DNA of 20,000 bases, taken from the IMG/VR virus record IMGVR_UViG_3300011756_000031. The stretch is one strand, 5' to 3'. The DNA is from an uncultured virus (IMG/VR IMGVR_UViG_3300011756_000031). Taxonomy: Duplodnaviria; Heunggongvirae; Uroviricota; Caudoviricetes. The translations under genes were made by a program, and so were the position numbers. The notes below the pieces were generated by a model. The model made no database searches, had not been told where the DNA came from, and worked only from the letters and a program-made list of their open reading frames with translations. How positions within the stretch are numbered: position 1 is the first letter of the stretch; each line of letters opens with the position of its first letter. Shown here one piece after another: positions 7,127 to 15,264 of the stretch.

Positions 7127-7704
7127 TGAACGCACAACTCACAGAAATCATGCGCCTTATTACCAACCTGATCCGCACCGGCACCGTGACCGAAGTGGAC
7201 CGGGAAAACTGGCTGTGCCGGGTAAAGGTGGGCGAGCTTGAAACCAACTGGATTAACTGGCTGACACTGCGTGCCGGCGGCGGTCGTACCTGGTGGTGTC
7301 CGTCACCGGATGAACAGGTGGTAGTGCTGAGCCTGGGCGGCAATCTGGAAACCGCCTTTGCGCTGCCCGCCATTTACTCCAATCAGTTTGCACCGCCGTC
7401 GGATTCCGTGGATGGCTGCGTGACGGAATACCCGGACGGAGGCTGGTTTGAGTACGAACCCGCCACCGGGCGCTGGCACGTCAAAGGTATCAAATCAATG
7501 GTGATAGAGGCGGCTGACAACATCACCCTGAAAACAGGTGAGTTTGTTGTGGAAGCAAGCAACACGCGCATAAACAGCGAGGTGGTGATCAATGGTGGCG
7601 TCACCCAGGGCGGCGGTGCCATGAGTTCTAACGGGATCGTGGTGGATAACCATGCCCATATCAAAGTTATGAAAGGCGGCGATACCTCGGGAGGCCCGGT
7701 ATGA
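7126..7704 (+). CDS. V: Baseplate spike protein V
   Basis: NLIRTGTVTEVD, WWCPSPDEQVVVLSLGGNL, YPDGGWFEYEP; C-terminal HxH (DNHAH) metal-binding tip. Confidence 0.95.
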   Translation: MNAQLTEIMRLITNLIRTGTVTEVDRENWLCRVKVGELETNWINWLTLRAGGGRTWWCPSPDEQVVVLSLGGNLETAFALPAIYSNQFAPPSDSVDGCVTEYPDGGWFEYEPATGRWHVKGIKSMVIEAADNITLKTGEFVVEASNTRINSEVVINGGVTQGGGAMSSNGIVVDNHAHIKVMKGGDTSGGPV

Positions 7705-8060
7705 CGCTGTATATCGGCATGAGTCAGGGTAACGGCAGGGCTATCACGGATACGGAACACCTGCGCCAGTCAGTACGGGATATTCTGCTGACCCCGCAAG
7801 GGAGCCGAATTGCGCGCCGGGAATATGGCTCCCTGCTGTCTGCCCTGATAGACCAGCCACAGAACCCGGCGCTGCGTCTGCAGATCATGTCTGCGGTCTA
7901 CGTAGCCCTGAGCCGATGGGAGCCACGGCTTACGCTGGATTCCATCACTATCAGCAGTAGCTTTGACGGCTCAATGGTGGTTGAGCTAACCGGGAAGCGT
8001 AATAACGGCGCGTCTGTATCCCTTTCAGTGCCAACAGGAGCAGATAATGGCAGTAATTGA
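7701..8060 (+). CDS. W: Baseplate wedge protein W (gp25-like)
   Basis: HLRQSVRDILLTPQGSRIARREYGSLL, ALSRWEPRL. Confidence 0.95.
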   Translation: MTLYIGMSQGNGRAITDTEHLRQSVRDILLTPQGSRIARREYGSLLSALIDQPQNPALRLQIMSAVYVALSRWEPRLTLDSITISSSFDGSMVVELTGKRNNGASVSLSVPTGADNGSN

Positions 8061-8955
8061 CCTTTCCCAGCTCCCGGCCCCACAGATTATTGAGGTGCCG
8101 GACTTTGAGGCGCTGCTTGCTGAGCGCAAGGCAGCTTTTGTAGCCCTTCATCCGGTGGATGAACAGGACGCGGTGCGGCGCACACTTGAGCTGGAATCTG
8201 AACCCGTCACCAAATTACTGCAGGAAAACACATACCGGGAAATCCTGCTGCGTCAGCGAATCAATGAGGCTGCGCAGGCGGTCATGGTGGCTTATGCCAT
8301 GGGTAGTGATCTCGATCAGCTGGCAGCCATTAATAACGTAAAACGACTTACGATCATTCCCGGAGACCCGACAGCGATTCCGCCGGTTCAGGCGGTGATG
8401 GAGTCTAATAATGATTTACGCCAGCGCATACCGGCGGCAATGGAAGGTTTGAGCGTTGCTGGCCCATCTGCTGCCTATGAATTTCACGCGCGGAGTGCTG
8501 ATGGCCGTGTGGCTGATGCGTCAGCTATCAGCCCGACACCGGCAAATGTCACCGTTACCATACTTTCCCGTGAAGGAGATGGAACGGCAGCAGCAGACCT
8601 GCTCGCTGTTGTGGCTGCCGCACTCAATGATGAAAGTGTTCGCCCGGTGGCTGACCGGGTAACAGTGCAGTCTGCCTCCATCGTGAATTACACGATTAAT
8701 GCCCAGCTCTATCTCTATCCGGGGCCGGAGGCGGAGCCTATTAAAGCGGCCGCTATTGAGCGGCTGCAATCCTACATTAAAGCCCAGGCACGGCTGGGAC
8801 GTGATATCCGCAGATCTGCCATTTACGGTGCGCTCCATGTGGAAGGGGTCCAGCGTGTAGAGCTGACCGCCCCTGCAGTTGATGTGGTGCTGGATAAATC
8901 AAAAGCGGCTTACTGCACAGCAGCAACCGTAACCATCGGGGGAACGGATGAATAG
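8047..8955 (+). CDS. J: Baseplate assembly protein J
   Basis: MAVIDLSQLPAPQIIE, GLSVAGPSAAYEFHARSADGRV, VRPVADRVTVQSA; 302 aa. Confidence 0.96.
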   Translation: MAVIDLSQLPAPQIIEVPDFEALLAERKAAFVALHPVDEQDAVRRTLELESEPVTKLLQENTYREILLRQRINEAAQAVMVAYAMGSDLDQLAAINNVKRLTIIPGDPTAIPPVQAVMESNNDLRQRIPAAMEGLSVAGPSAAYEFHARSADGRVADASAISPTPANVTVTILSREGDGTAAADLLAVVAAALNDESVRPVADRVTVQSASIVNYTINAQLYLYPGPEAEPIKAAAIERLQSYIKAQARLGRDIRRSAIYGALHVEGVQRVELTAPAVDVVLDKSKAAYCTAATVTIGGTDE

Positions 8956-9469
8956 TCTGCTTCCTCCGGGATCGTCTGTCCTTGAGCGCCGACTGGCGCA
9001 GGCCTGCAGCGATATCAGCAACCTTGATGTGCCGCTGCGTGACCTGTGGAACCCGTGGAAATGCCCGGTGAAGTTTCTGCCCTATCTGGCGTGGGCGTTT
9101 TCGGTTGACCGCTGGGATGAAGCCTGGGCAGAGAACGTCAAGCGCCAGGCTGTCAGTGACGCCTTTTTCATTCACCGCCGCAAAGGGACGCTTGCCGCTA
9201 TCCGCAGTGCGGTTGGCCCGCTTGGGCGAATCATCGGTATTACGGAATGGTGGGAAAACAATGCCACGCCTGGCACGTTCGAACTGGACATAGGAGTGCC
9301 GGAAAGCGGCATGACGCCAAACATGAATATCGAAATGGACCGACTGATCAGTGATGCCAGGCCCGTCAGTCGTCACTGCTCAATCAATATTGTGCAGGAA
9401 GTGCCGGGTTATCTGTATACCGGCGGGGCCATCTATGACGGCGACATTATTACGGTTTATCCAGGGTAA
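8948..9469 (+). CDS. I: Baseplate/tail protein I
   Basis: MNSLLPPGSSVLERRLA, LWNPWKCPVKFLPYLAWAFSVDRWD, HRRKGT, DARPVSRH. Confidence 0.95.
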   Translation: MNSLLPPGSSVLERRLAQACSDISNLDVPLRDLWNPWKCPVKFLPYLAWAFSVDRWDEAWAENVKRQAVSDAFFIHRRKGTLAAIRSAVGPLGRIIGITEWWENNATPGTFELDIGVPESGMTPNMNIEMDRLISDARPVSRHCSINIVQEVPGYLYTGGAIYDGDIITVYPG

Positions 9470-9474
9470 CTATC

Positions 9475-12453
9475 ATGGCGAAATTTAAAACTATTATCAC
9501 CACAGCAGGTGCCGCAAAAATCGCGGCGGTTCTGGCTGGCACCGCCAGCATTGTTCTGGACAATACCGCAAAAATGGCCGTGGGTGATGGCGGCGGCACG
9601 CTGCCCACTCCGAACCCTGCCCAGACAAAACTGGTCAGGGAGGTTTACCGCGCGCCGATTAACAGAGCGAGCATTGATGCCAGCGATACGAAAAATATTG
9701 TTGTTGAACTGGTGATTCCACCGGAAAAACCGGAAACGAGTGGATTCTGGATCCGTGAAATGGCGTTGTATGATGCCGCCGGAACACTTCTGGCCGTCGG
9801 CAGCATGGCAGAAACTTACAAGCCGTCATTAAGCGAAGGAGCCGGGCGAAAGATGGTGATTCGCATGGTGATTGCGGTCAGCGAGGTCAACGCGATCACC
9901 ATCACCATGGACACGTCAACCGTGATGGCCACGCAGGATTATGTTGATAGTGAAATCGACAAGCATGCAAAATCCCGCAACCACCCGGACGCCACCTTGG
10001 CTGCAAAAGGGTTTACGCAGCTCAGCAGCTCGACAACCAGTACATCAGAAACGCTGGCCGCCACCCCGAAAGCGGTAAAAACCGTCATGGATGAGGCCAA
10101 ACTTAAAGCGCCACTTGCAAGCCCGGCGCTGACCGGCACGCCGACGGCACCGACGGCTGCTGCAGGTAACAATTCGCAGCAGCTCGCAAATACGCAGTTT
10201 GTTATGACAGCAATCGCTGCGCTGGTTAACTCCTCGCCTGGCGCACTGGATACGCTCAGCGAACTGGCGGCGGCTCTCGGAAACGATCCGAACTTTGCAA
10301 CTACCATGCTCAATGCCCTTGCAGCCAAAGCGCCGCTTGCCAGTCCTGCATTGACCGGAAAGCCGACAGCGCCCACGGCACCGCAGGCCTCAAATGATAC
10401 GCAGCTGGCAACAACCGAATTTGTCACCCGCGCGCTGGCCCCGGCATTGTTGATGCGTGGCGGCATCCCGGCCAGCTCGAACCTTAACAACTTTGGGCCA
10501 AATTCCGACTATACAGGCGTGTGGAGTCAATCGAGCGTAAGCGCTACCGCTGCCGACATTGCGAATGGATATCCGGCAGCAGAGCGAGGAGTGCTGGAAG
10601 TTTTCGCAGGGGGACGCAACAACGGCACGCAGCGATATACAACTGACGGCGGTCGAATCTTCATTCGCTGGCTTAACGCAGTATGGAATGCAGCAAGCCC
10701 CTCATGGTCTGACTGGACGGAGGTTGGAGGATTAAGCTCAAACACGGTACTGCCTGCGTCTGCCACCCTTTCAGATGCCGCATACTTTGCGCAAAACCAG
10801 ACTTACGTATTATCCGGTTCACGGTCTGATTTACCTGCTGGTATAAACGGTAACGCTGTCATTATGTCGATTCGCCGCCAGGGTGGAACGATCGCAGGGC
10901 TTAATCAGCTCCTGTTTACCACTGCCGGAACGTATGAACGCCATGGCGCACCTAACGCGACAACCGGATGGACTTCAGTCAGTTGGTATCCAGGTGGCGA
11001 TGCTAACGGCTGGCGGCTGATTGGCGCTGATGCAATGGCGGCAATTGGGATTGGCGTTGCCAGTCAAGGGTCTGCTGCAGTGTTTGACTGGCAGCAAGCT
11101 GACTTTGTTTCTGGTCAGATACAGTTAGCCAACGTTACTGGGTGGTTGAATGCGCCGCCTGAGCTTAAAAATCCGGCTGGGGATATCGTTGCAATTGACT
11201 GCCTTATTGCTCGAACCACCTCAAACAGGTTTGTTGTCCGTATAACATCACAATCACCTTCTGCTGTTTACAGGTATGATCATACGGTGGTGATTGTGGG
11301 GGATAAAGGAGCCAGAACATTCACTGTGTCGCAGAACTACAACAGTGACCCCACCACATTAATTCCCCTTGCGAATGGTGGCCTTGGCGCAAATACGCCA
11401 GCAGGAGGCCGAAAAACGTTAGGCTTTGAGGATATGGGAATTGGTCTTGCCAGTAGTGGTTTATTATCTTCATTCGACTGGCAGCAAGCAGACTTTTTAA
11501 CTGGCTCAATTCAGGTCGCAACTTTTTCAGCTTGGGTTAACCCTCCATCAGGAGTGACGTACTCAGCATCCACTACCATTAGCATAGAAACCATTCAGGC
11601 GAGGCCTAACTTCTTTCTTGTCAGGCTGACGCCAATGACAAGCTCAGCAGGTAATAGGCGAGAGTACTTGGTTTCTGTTAATGGTGCTAAAGGTGCCAGG
11701 ACTCTATTTGTTACTCAGAAATTTAATGACGACCCATCAACTGTAATTCCAGTTGCCAACGGAGGCACCGGATCGCCTACACCGGCAGGTGCCCTTGCCA
11801 ATCTTGGAGGCGCACCGCTGGTCAGCCCCGCCTTAACGGGTATTCCAACTGCACCCACGCCAGCCCAGACAGTTAATAACACGCAGATAGCAACAACAGC
11901 TTTCGTAAAAGCTGCCCTCGCCGCGCTTGTTAATGGCTCTCCTGCGGCACTGGATACGCTTAAGGAACTGGCAGATGCTCTGGGGGGTGATGCTAATTTC
12001 TCCACAACAGTGCTGAATGCGTTATCCGGTAAGCAACCCATTAATGCGGCGTTAACGTCTTTATCTGGACTTACTGGCGCTGCCGATAAGCTGCCGTATT
12101 TTGTCGGCAAGGATCTGCTGGTCCTGTCCGATTTCACCGCCTTTGCCAGAACCTTACTTTCACGCAACAGCGCGGCGCTGGTACGGGCAGATTTGAACAT
12201 CCTTACCGGCCCTGGCTGGTACAAGCTCGGCGATCTGCTGATCCAGTACGGCACAATAGATTTTACGAATACAACAACCAAAACAATCAACTTCCCAATC
12301 AGATACCCCACAAAGGTTGACCAGGTGATCGTTTCAGATGCGGGATGGGGTGGGGGGAATATGTGGGGCGCGACCGAACAACAGCCGATTGGCTTCACTG
12401 CACACGTGAACGTCTCTGAGGAAGGTGGTCAGTGGATTTCTTTCGGGAGGTAA
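9475..12453 (+). CDS. H: Tail fibre protein (992 aa, modular)
   Basis: P2-type N-terminal baseplate-binding region (MAVGDGGGTLPTP, GFWIRE, ETYKP, SRNHPDAT...KGFTQLSS), SPALTGxPTAPT shaft repeats, variable C-terminal part. Confidence 0.95.
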   Translation: MAKFKTIITTAGAAKIAAVLAGTASIVLDNTAKMAVGDGGGTLPTPNPAQTKLVREVYRAPINRASIDASDTKNIVVELVIPPEKPETSGFWIREMALYDAAGTLLAVGSMAETYKPSLSEGAGRKMVIRMVIAVSEVNAITITMDTSTVMATQDYVDSEIDKHAKSRNHPDATLAAKGFTQLSSSTTSTSETLAATPKAVKTVMDEAKLKAPLASPALTGTPTAPTAAAGNNSQQLANTQFVMTAIAALVNSSPGALDTLSELAAALGNDPNFATTMLNALAAKAPLASPALTGKPTAPTAPQASNDTQLATTEFVTRALAPALLMRGGIPASSNLNNFGPNSDYTGVWSQSSVSATAADIANGYPAAERGVLEVFAGGRNNGTQRYTTDGGRIFIRWLNAVWNAASPSWSDWTEVGGLSSNTVLPASATLSDAAYFAQNQTYVLSGSRSDLPAGINGNAVIMSIRRQGGTIAGLNQLLFTTAGTYERHGAPNATTGWTSVSWYPGGDANGWRLIGADAMAAIGIGVASQGSAAVFDWQQADFVSGQIQLANVTGWLNAPPELKNPAGDIVAIDCLIARTTSNRFVVRITSQSPSAVYRYDHTVVIVGDKGARTFTVSQNYNSDPTTLIPLANGGLGANTPAGGRKTLGFEDMGIGLASSGLLSSFDWQQADFLTGSIQVATFSAWVNPPSGVTYSASTTISIETIQARPNFFLVRLTPMTSSAGNRREYLVSVNGAKGARTLFVTQKFNDDPSTVIPVANGGTGSPTPAGALANLGGAPLVSPALTGIPTAPTPAQTVNNTQIATTAFVKAALAALVNGSPAALDTLKELADALGGDANFSTTVLNALSGKQPINAALTSLSGLTGAADKLPYFVGKDLLVLSDFTAFARTLLSRNSAALVRADLNILTGPGWYKLGDLLIQYGTIDFTNTTTKTINFPIRYPTKVDQVIVSDAGWGGGNMWGATEQQPIGFTAHVNVSEEGGQWISFGR
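10108..12040 (+). repeat. Three dispersed copies of the tail-fibre shaft motif APLxSPALTGxPTAPT...(LDTLxELAxALGxDxNF)
   Basis: Copies begin at 10108, 10330 (partial) and 11812. Confidence 0.9.
11044..11810 (+). repeat. Diverged tandem duplication of a ~130-aa domain within H
   Basis: GIG..FDWQQADF..G..Q..W.N.P..VR.T..KGART..Q..N.DP...IP.ANGG.G..TPAG occurs twice; GACTGGCAGCAAGC at 11086 and 11476 (390-nt period). Confidence 0.9.
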
Positions 12454-12454
12454 T

Positions 12455-12871
12455 ATGAGTGAATATGTTTATAGCGCATATGAGAATGCGTTTTTCCCCA
12501 ACTCTCTGAGGGATTCTTACGAGCAGGCAGGAACGTGGCCGTTCGACGGGGTGGAGGTGGATAGTGAGACTGCTGCCGAATTTATGAGTGATCCTCCCCC
12601 TGGTAAGCAACGGGCCGCAGGGGAAAATGGAATGCCCTGCTGGGAGGATATTCCACCGCCCACGCCAGAGCAGCTAAAAGCTGCGGCAATTCTGCGATTA
12701 ACAGCATTGCGCAAAGAGGCGGATTCGATAATTGCCCCCCTGAAAGATGCCTCAGAGGGGGGGTATATTGACGAGACAGATAAACCCAGGCTGACGGAAT
12801 GGCAGAAGTATCGCTACAGTCTGACAAAGGTTGATCCTGAAAATCCAATCTATCCCGATAAACCGCTGTGA
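12455..12871 (+). CDS. G: Tail fibre assembly chaperone (Tfa)
   Basis: Start moved to ATG 12455 (SD GGAGG); YVYSAYENAFFP, PPPGKQRAAGENGMPCWEDIPPP, WQKYRYSLTKVD...YPDKP. Confidence 0.9.
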   Translation: MSEYVYSAYENAFFPNSLRDSYEQAGTWPFDGVEVDSETAAEFMSDPPPGKQRAAGENGMPCWEDIPPPTPEQLKAAAILRLTALRKEADSIIAPLKDASEGGYIDETDKPRLTEWQKYRYSLTKVDPENPIYPDKPL

Positions 12872-12875
12872 CAAA

Positions 12876-12902
12876 AGGCCGCTTATGCGGCCTCTTTTTT
12901 TT
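12876..12902 (+). terminator. Rho-independent terminator closing the V-W-J-I-H-G operon
   Basis: AGGCCGC-TTAT-GCGGCCT stem-loop followed by C and T8, directly after the G stop. Confidence 0.88.
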
Positions 12903-12983
12903 GCCTCCTTATTCCGGCAGGTGATGCAAAGGAAACATGGTGATTTAGCCCCCACGCTTGCGGGAATTTTTTAACCCTTTCGT

Positions 12984-13041
12984 TGTGCCATTCCCCAGAC
13001 AAAGCCCGCCGCGTGCGCCGCGCGCATATCAACCAGAACAT
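12984..13041 (+). promoter_or_regulatory. Late promoter P_F with Ogr-family site
   Basis: TGTgccattccccagACA (12984-13001); -10-like GAACAT (13036-13041) at the same spacing as P_V; SD GGAG before ATG 13076. Confidence 0.8.
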
Positions 13042-13075
13042 AGGCGTACCCCTTGTAAACCGGAGAGACTGCCTT

Positions 13076-14248
13076 ATGGCTCAGGATTACCACCACGGCG
13101 TGCGCGTTGTTGAAGTCAACGACGGCACCCGATCCATTACCACGGTAAGCACCGCTATCGTGGGCATGGTCTGCACCGGCGACGATGCAGATGCGTCCAT
13201 GTTCCCCCTCAATAAGCCGGTCCTGCTGACCGATGTGCTGACTGCCAGCGGCAAGGCGGGCGAGTCCGGCACGCTGGCACGCTCGCTGGATGCGATTGCA
13301 GACCAGGCAAAACCTGTGACGGTTGTCGTGCGTGTGGCGCAGGGCGAAACCGAAGCGGAAACCACCTCCAACATTATCGGCGGCGTGACCGCTGACGGTA
13401 AAAAAACCGGTATGAAGGCTCTGCTTTCGGCGCAATCGCAGCTCGGTGTTAAGCCTCGCATTCTCGGTGCGCCAGGGCATGACACGCAGGCGGTTGCCAC
13501 TGAGCTGCTCAGCGTGGCGCAGAGCCTGCGCGGGTTTGCCTACCTGTCCGCCTATGACTGCAAAACGGTGGAGGAGGCTATTGCTTATCGCGATAACTTC
13601 AGCCAGCGCGAAGGGATGTTGATCTGGCCTGACTTTATCAACTTTGACACCGTGCTGAATGCAGATGCGAAGGCTTACGCCTCCGCCCGTGCGCTCGGCC
13701 TGCGCGCCAAAATTGACGAACAGACCGGCTGGCACAAAACCCTGTCCAACGTGGGCGTGAACGGCGTCACCGGTCTTTCTGCAAATGTGTTCTGGGATCT
13801 GCAGGACCCGGCCACCGATGCGGGACTGCTGAACCAGAACGATGTGACCACGCTGATCCGCAAAGACGGCTTCCGCTTCTGGGGTTCCCGCTGCCTCAGC
13901 GACGATCCGCTGTTTGCCTTTGAAAACTACACCCGCACGGCGCAGGTGCTGGCTGACACCATTGCAGAAGCGCACATGTGGGCGGTGGATGGCGTGCTTA
14001 ACCCGTCACTGGCCCGCGACATTATCGAAGGTATCCGCGCCAAACTGCGCAACCTGAAAACGCAGGGCTACATCATCGGCGCAGACTGCTGGCTGGATGA
14101 GTCCGTGAACGATAAGGACTCCCTGAAAGCCGGGAAACTCACAATCGACTACGACTACACGCCGGTGCCGCCGCTTGAAAACCTGATGCTGCGCCAGCGC
14201 ATCACCGATCAATACCTGCTGGATTTCTCCAGCCGGGTCAGCGCTTAA
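13076..14248 (+). CDS. FI: Tail sheath protein
   Basis: Start moved to ATG 13076; [49 protein letters not shown]; 390 aa. Confidence 0.96.
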   Translation: MAQDYHHGVRVVEVNDGTRSITTVSTAIVGMVCTGDDADASMFPLNKPVLLTDVLTASGKAGESGTLARSLDAIADQAKPVTVVVRVAQGETEAETTSNIIGGVTADGKKTGMKALLSAQSQLGVKPRILGAPGHDTQAVATELLSVAQSLRGFAYLSAYDCKTVEEAIAYRDNFSQREGMLIWPDFINFDTVLNADAKAYASARALGLRAKIDEQTGWHKTLSNVGVNGVTGLSANVFWDLQDPATDAGLLNQNDVTTLIRKDGFRFWGSRCLSDDPLFAFENYTRTAQVLADTIAEAHMWAVDGVLNPSLARDIIEGIRAKLRNLKTQGYIIGADCWLDESVNDKDSLKAGKLTIDYDYTPVPPLENLMLRQRITDQYLLDFSSRVSA

Positions 14249-14257
14249 GGGGACCAC

Positions 14258-14773
14258 ATGGCTTTACCACGCAAGTTAAAACATCTGAACCTGTTCAACG
14301 ACGGGAACAACTGGCAGGGGATCATTGAGTCCATGACCCTGCCGAAATTCACGCGCAAATATGAGAAATATCGCGGTGGTGGAATGCCCGGTGCGGTTGA
14401 TGTGGACATGGGACTGGATGACGGCGCGCTGGACACTGAATTTTCCATTGGCGGCACCGAACTGCTGCTCTTTAAGCAGATGGGCAAAACCACGGTGGAC
14501 GGCATCCAACTGCGTTTCACCGGCTCTATTCAGCGGGACGACACCGGAGAGGTGCAGGCCGTGGAGCTGGTCGTGCGCGGACGCCATAAGGAAGTGGATT
14601 CCGGCGAGTGGAAGACCGGCGAAAGCAACACCACCAAAGTCAGCAGCACCAACAGCTACGCGAAGCTGACCATTAACGGCGAAGTGCTCTATGAGGTCGA
14701 TCTGGTCAACATGATTGAAATCGTTGACGGCGTGGACCTGATGGAAGCGCACCGTAACGCGCTGGGCCTCTGA
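14258..14773 (+). CDS. FII: Major tail tube protein
   Basis: MALPRKLKHLNLFNDG, YRGGGMPGAVDVDMGLD, VELVVRGRHKEVDSGEWK. Confidence 0.96.
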   Translation: MALPRKLKHLNLFNDGNNWQGIIESMTLPKFTRKYEKYRGGGMPGAVDVDMGLDDGALDTEFSIGGTELLLFKQMGKTTVDGIQLRFTGSIQRDDTGEVQAVELVVRGRHKEVDSGEWKTGESNTTKVSSTNSYAKLTINGEVLYEVDLVNMIEIVDGVDLMEAHRNALGL

Positions 14774-14784
14774 TTAACCTTAAC

Positions 14785-14802
14785 GGCGCGGGCAGCCGCG
14801 CC
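14785..14802 (+). other. GC-rich hairpin between FII and E, no U-tract
   Basis: GGCGCGG-GCAG-CCGCGCC perfect 7-bp stem. Confidence 0.6.
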
Positions 14803-14827
14803 AGTAACTCATTAACAGGAAGAGAAC

Positions 14828-15130
14828 ATGACCGACACGCTGACCGAAAAGACCGTACAGCTGGATACCCCTATCAAGCGCGGTAACAGTGAAATCACGG
14901 AAATTGTGCTGCGCAAACCCCAGTCCGGCGCACTGCGAGGCACCCGCCTGCAGGCCATTATGGATATGGATGTGGGTGCAATGATGACCGTCATTCCGCG
15001 TATCTCCACGCCGACCCTGACGGCGCAGGAAATGGCAGAGCTGGACCCCGCCGATCTCACCGCGCTGTCGGTTGAGGTGGTGACTTTTTTGTTGAAGAAG
15101 TCGGTGCTTGCCGGTTTACCGACAGCCTGA
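14828..15130 (+). CDS. E: Tail assembly chaperone E
   Basis: VQLDTPIKRG...LRKPQSGALRG...LDPADL...VVTFL; 100 aa. Confidence 0.92.
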   Translation: MTDTLTEKTVQLDTPIKRGNSEITEIVLRKPQSGALRGTRLQAIMDMDVGAMMTVIPRISTPTLTAQEMAELDPADLTALSVEVVTFLLKKSVLAGLPTA

Positions 15131-15264
15131 CGGTTGACGATCTGGTGGCAGATATTGCCACCATTTTTCACTGGCCGCCGTCCGTCACTGACGTTATGCC
15201 GCTGACCGAAGTGCTGGAGTGGCGGCATAAAGCGATTCAGAGAAGCGGGGCCAGCGATGAGTGA
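14828..15264 (+). CDS. E+E': Tail assembly chaperone E+E' (programmed -1 frameshift product, about 145 aa)
   Basis: Slippery TTTTTTG at 15085-15091; the -1 frame is open to TGA 15262-15264 and encodes ...LTVDDLVADIATIFHWPPSVTDVMPLTEVLEWRHKAIQRSGASDE. Confidence 0.88.

Noticed and set aside
9475..13075. Tail-fibre diversification by invertase or diversity-generating retroelement
   Set aside because: No invertase, inverted fibre copy, reverse transcriptase or adenine-specific TR/VR pair; the H repeats are diverged at all bases
3353..13075. Longest-ORF starts for L (3353), X (3811), lysB (4774), R (5298), G (12425) and FI (12983)
   Set aside because: Downstream ATGs have SD sites or stop/start coupling and match the known N-termini
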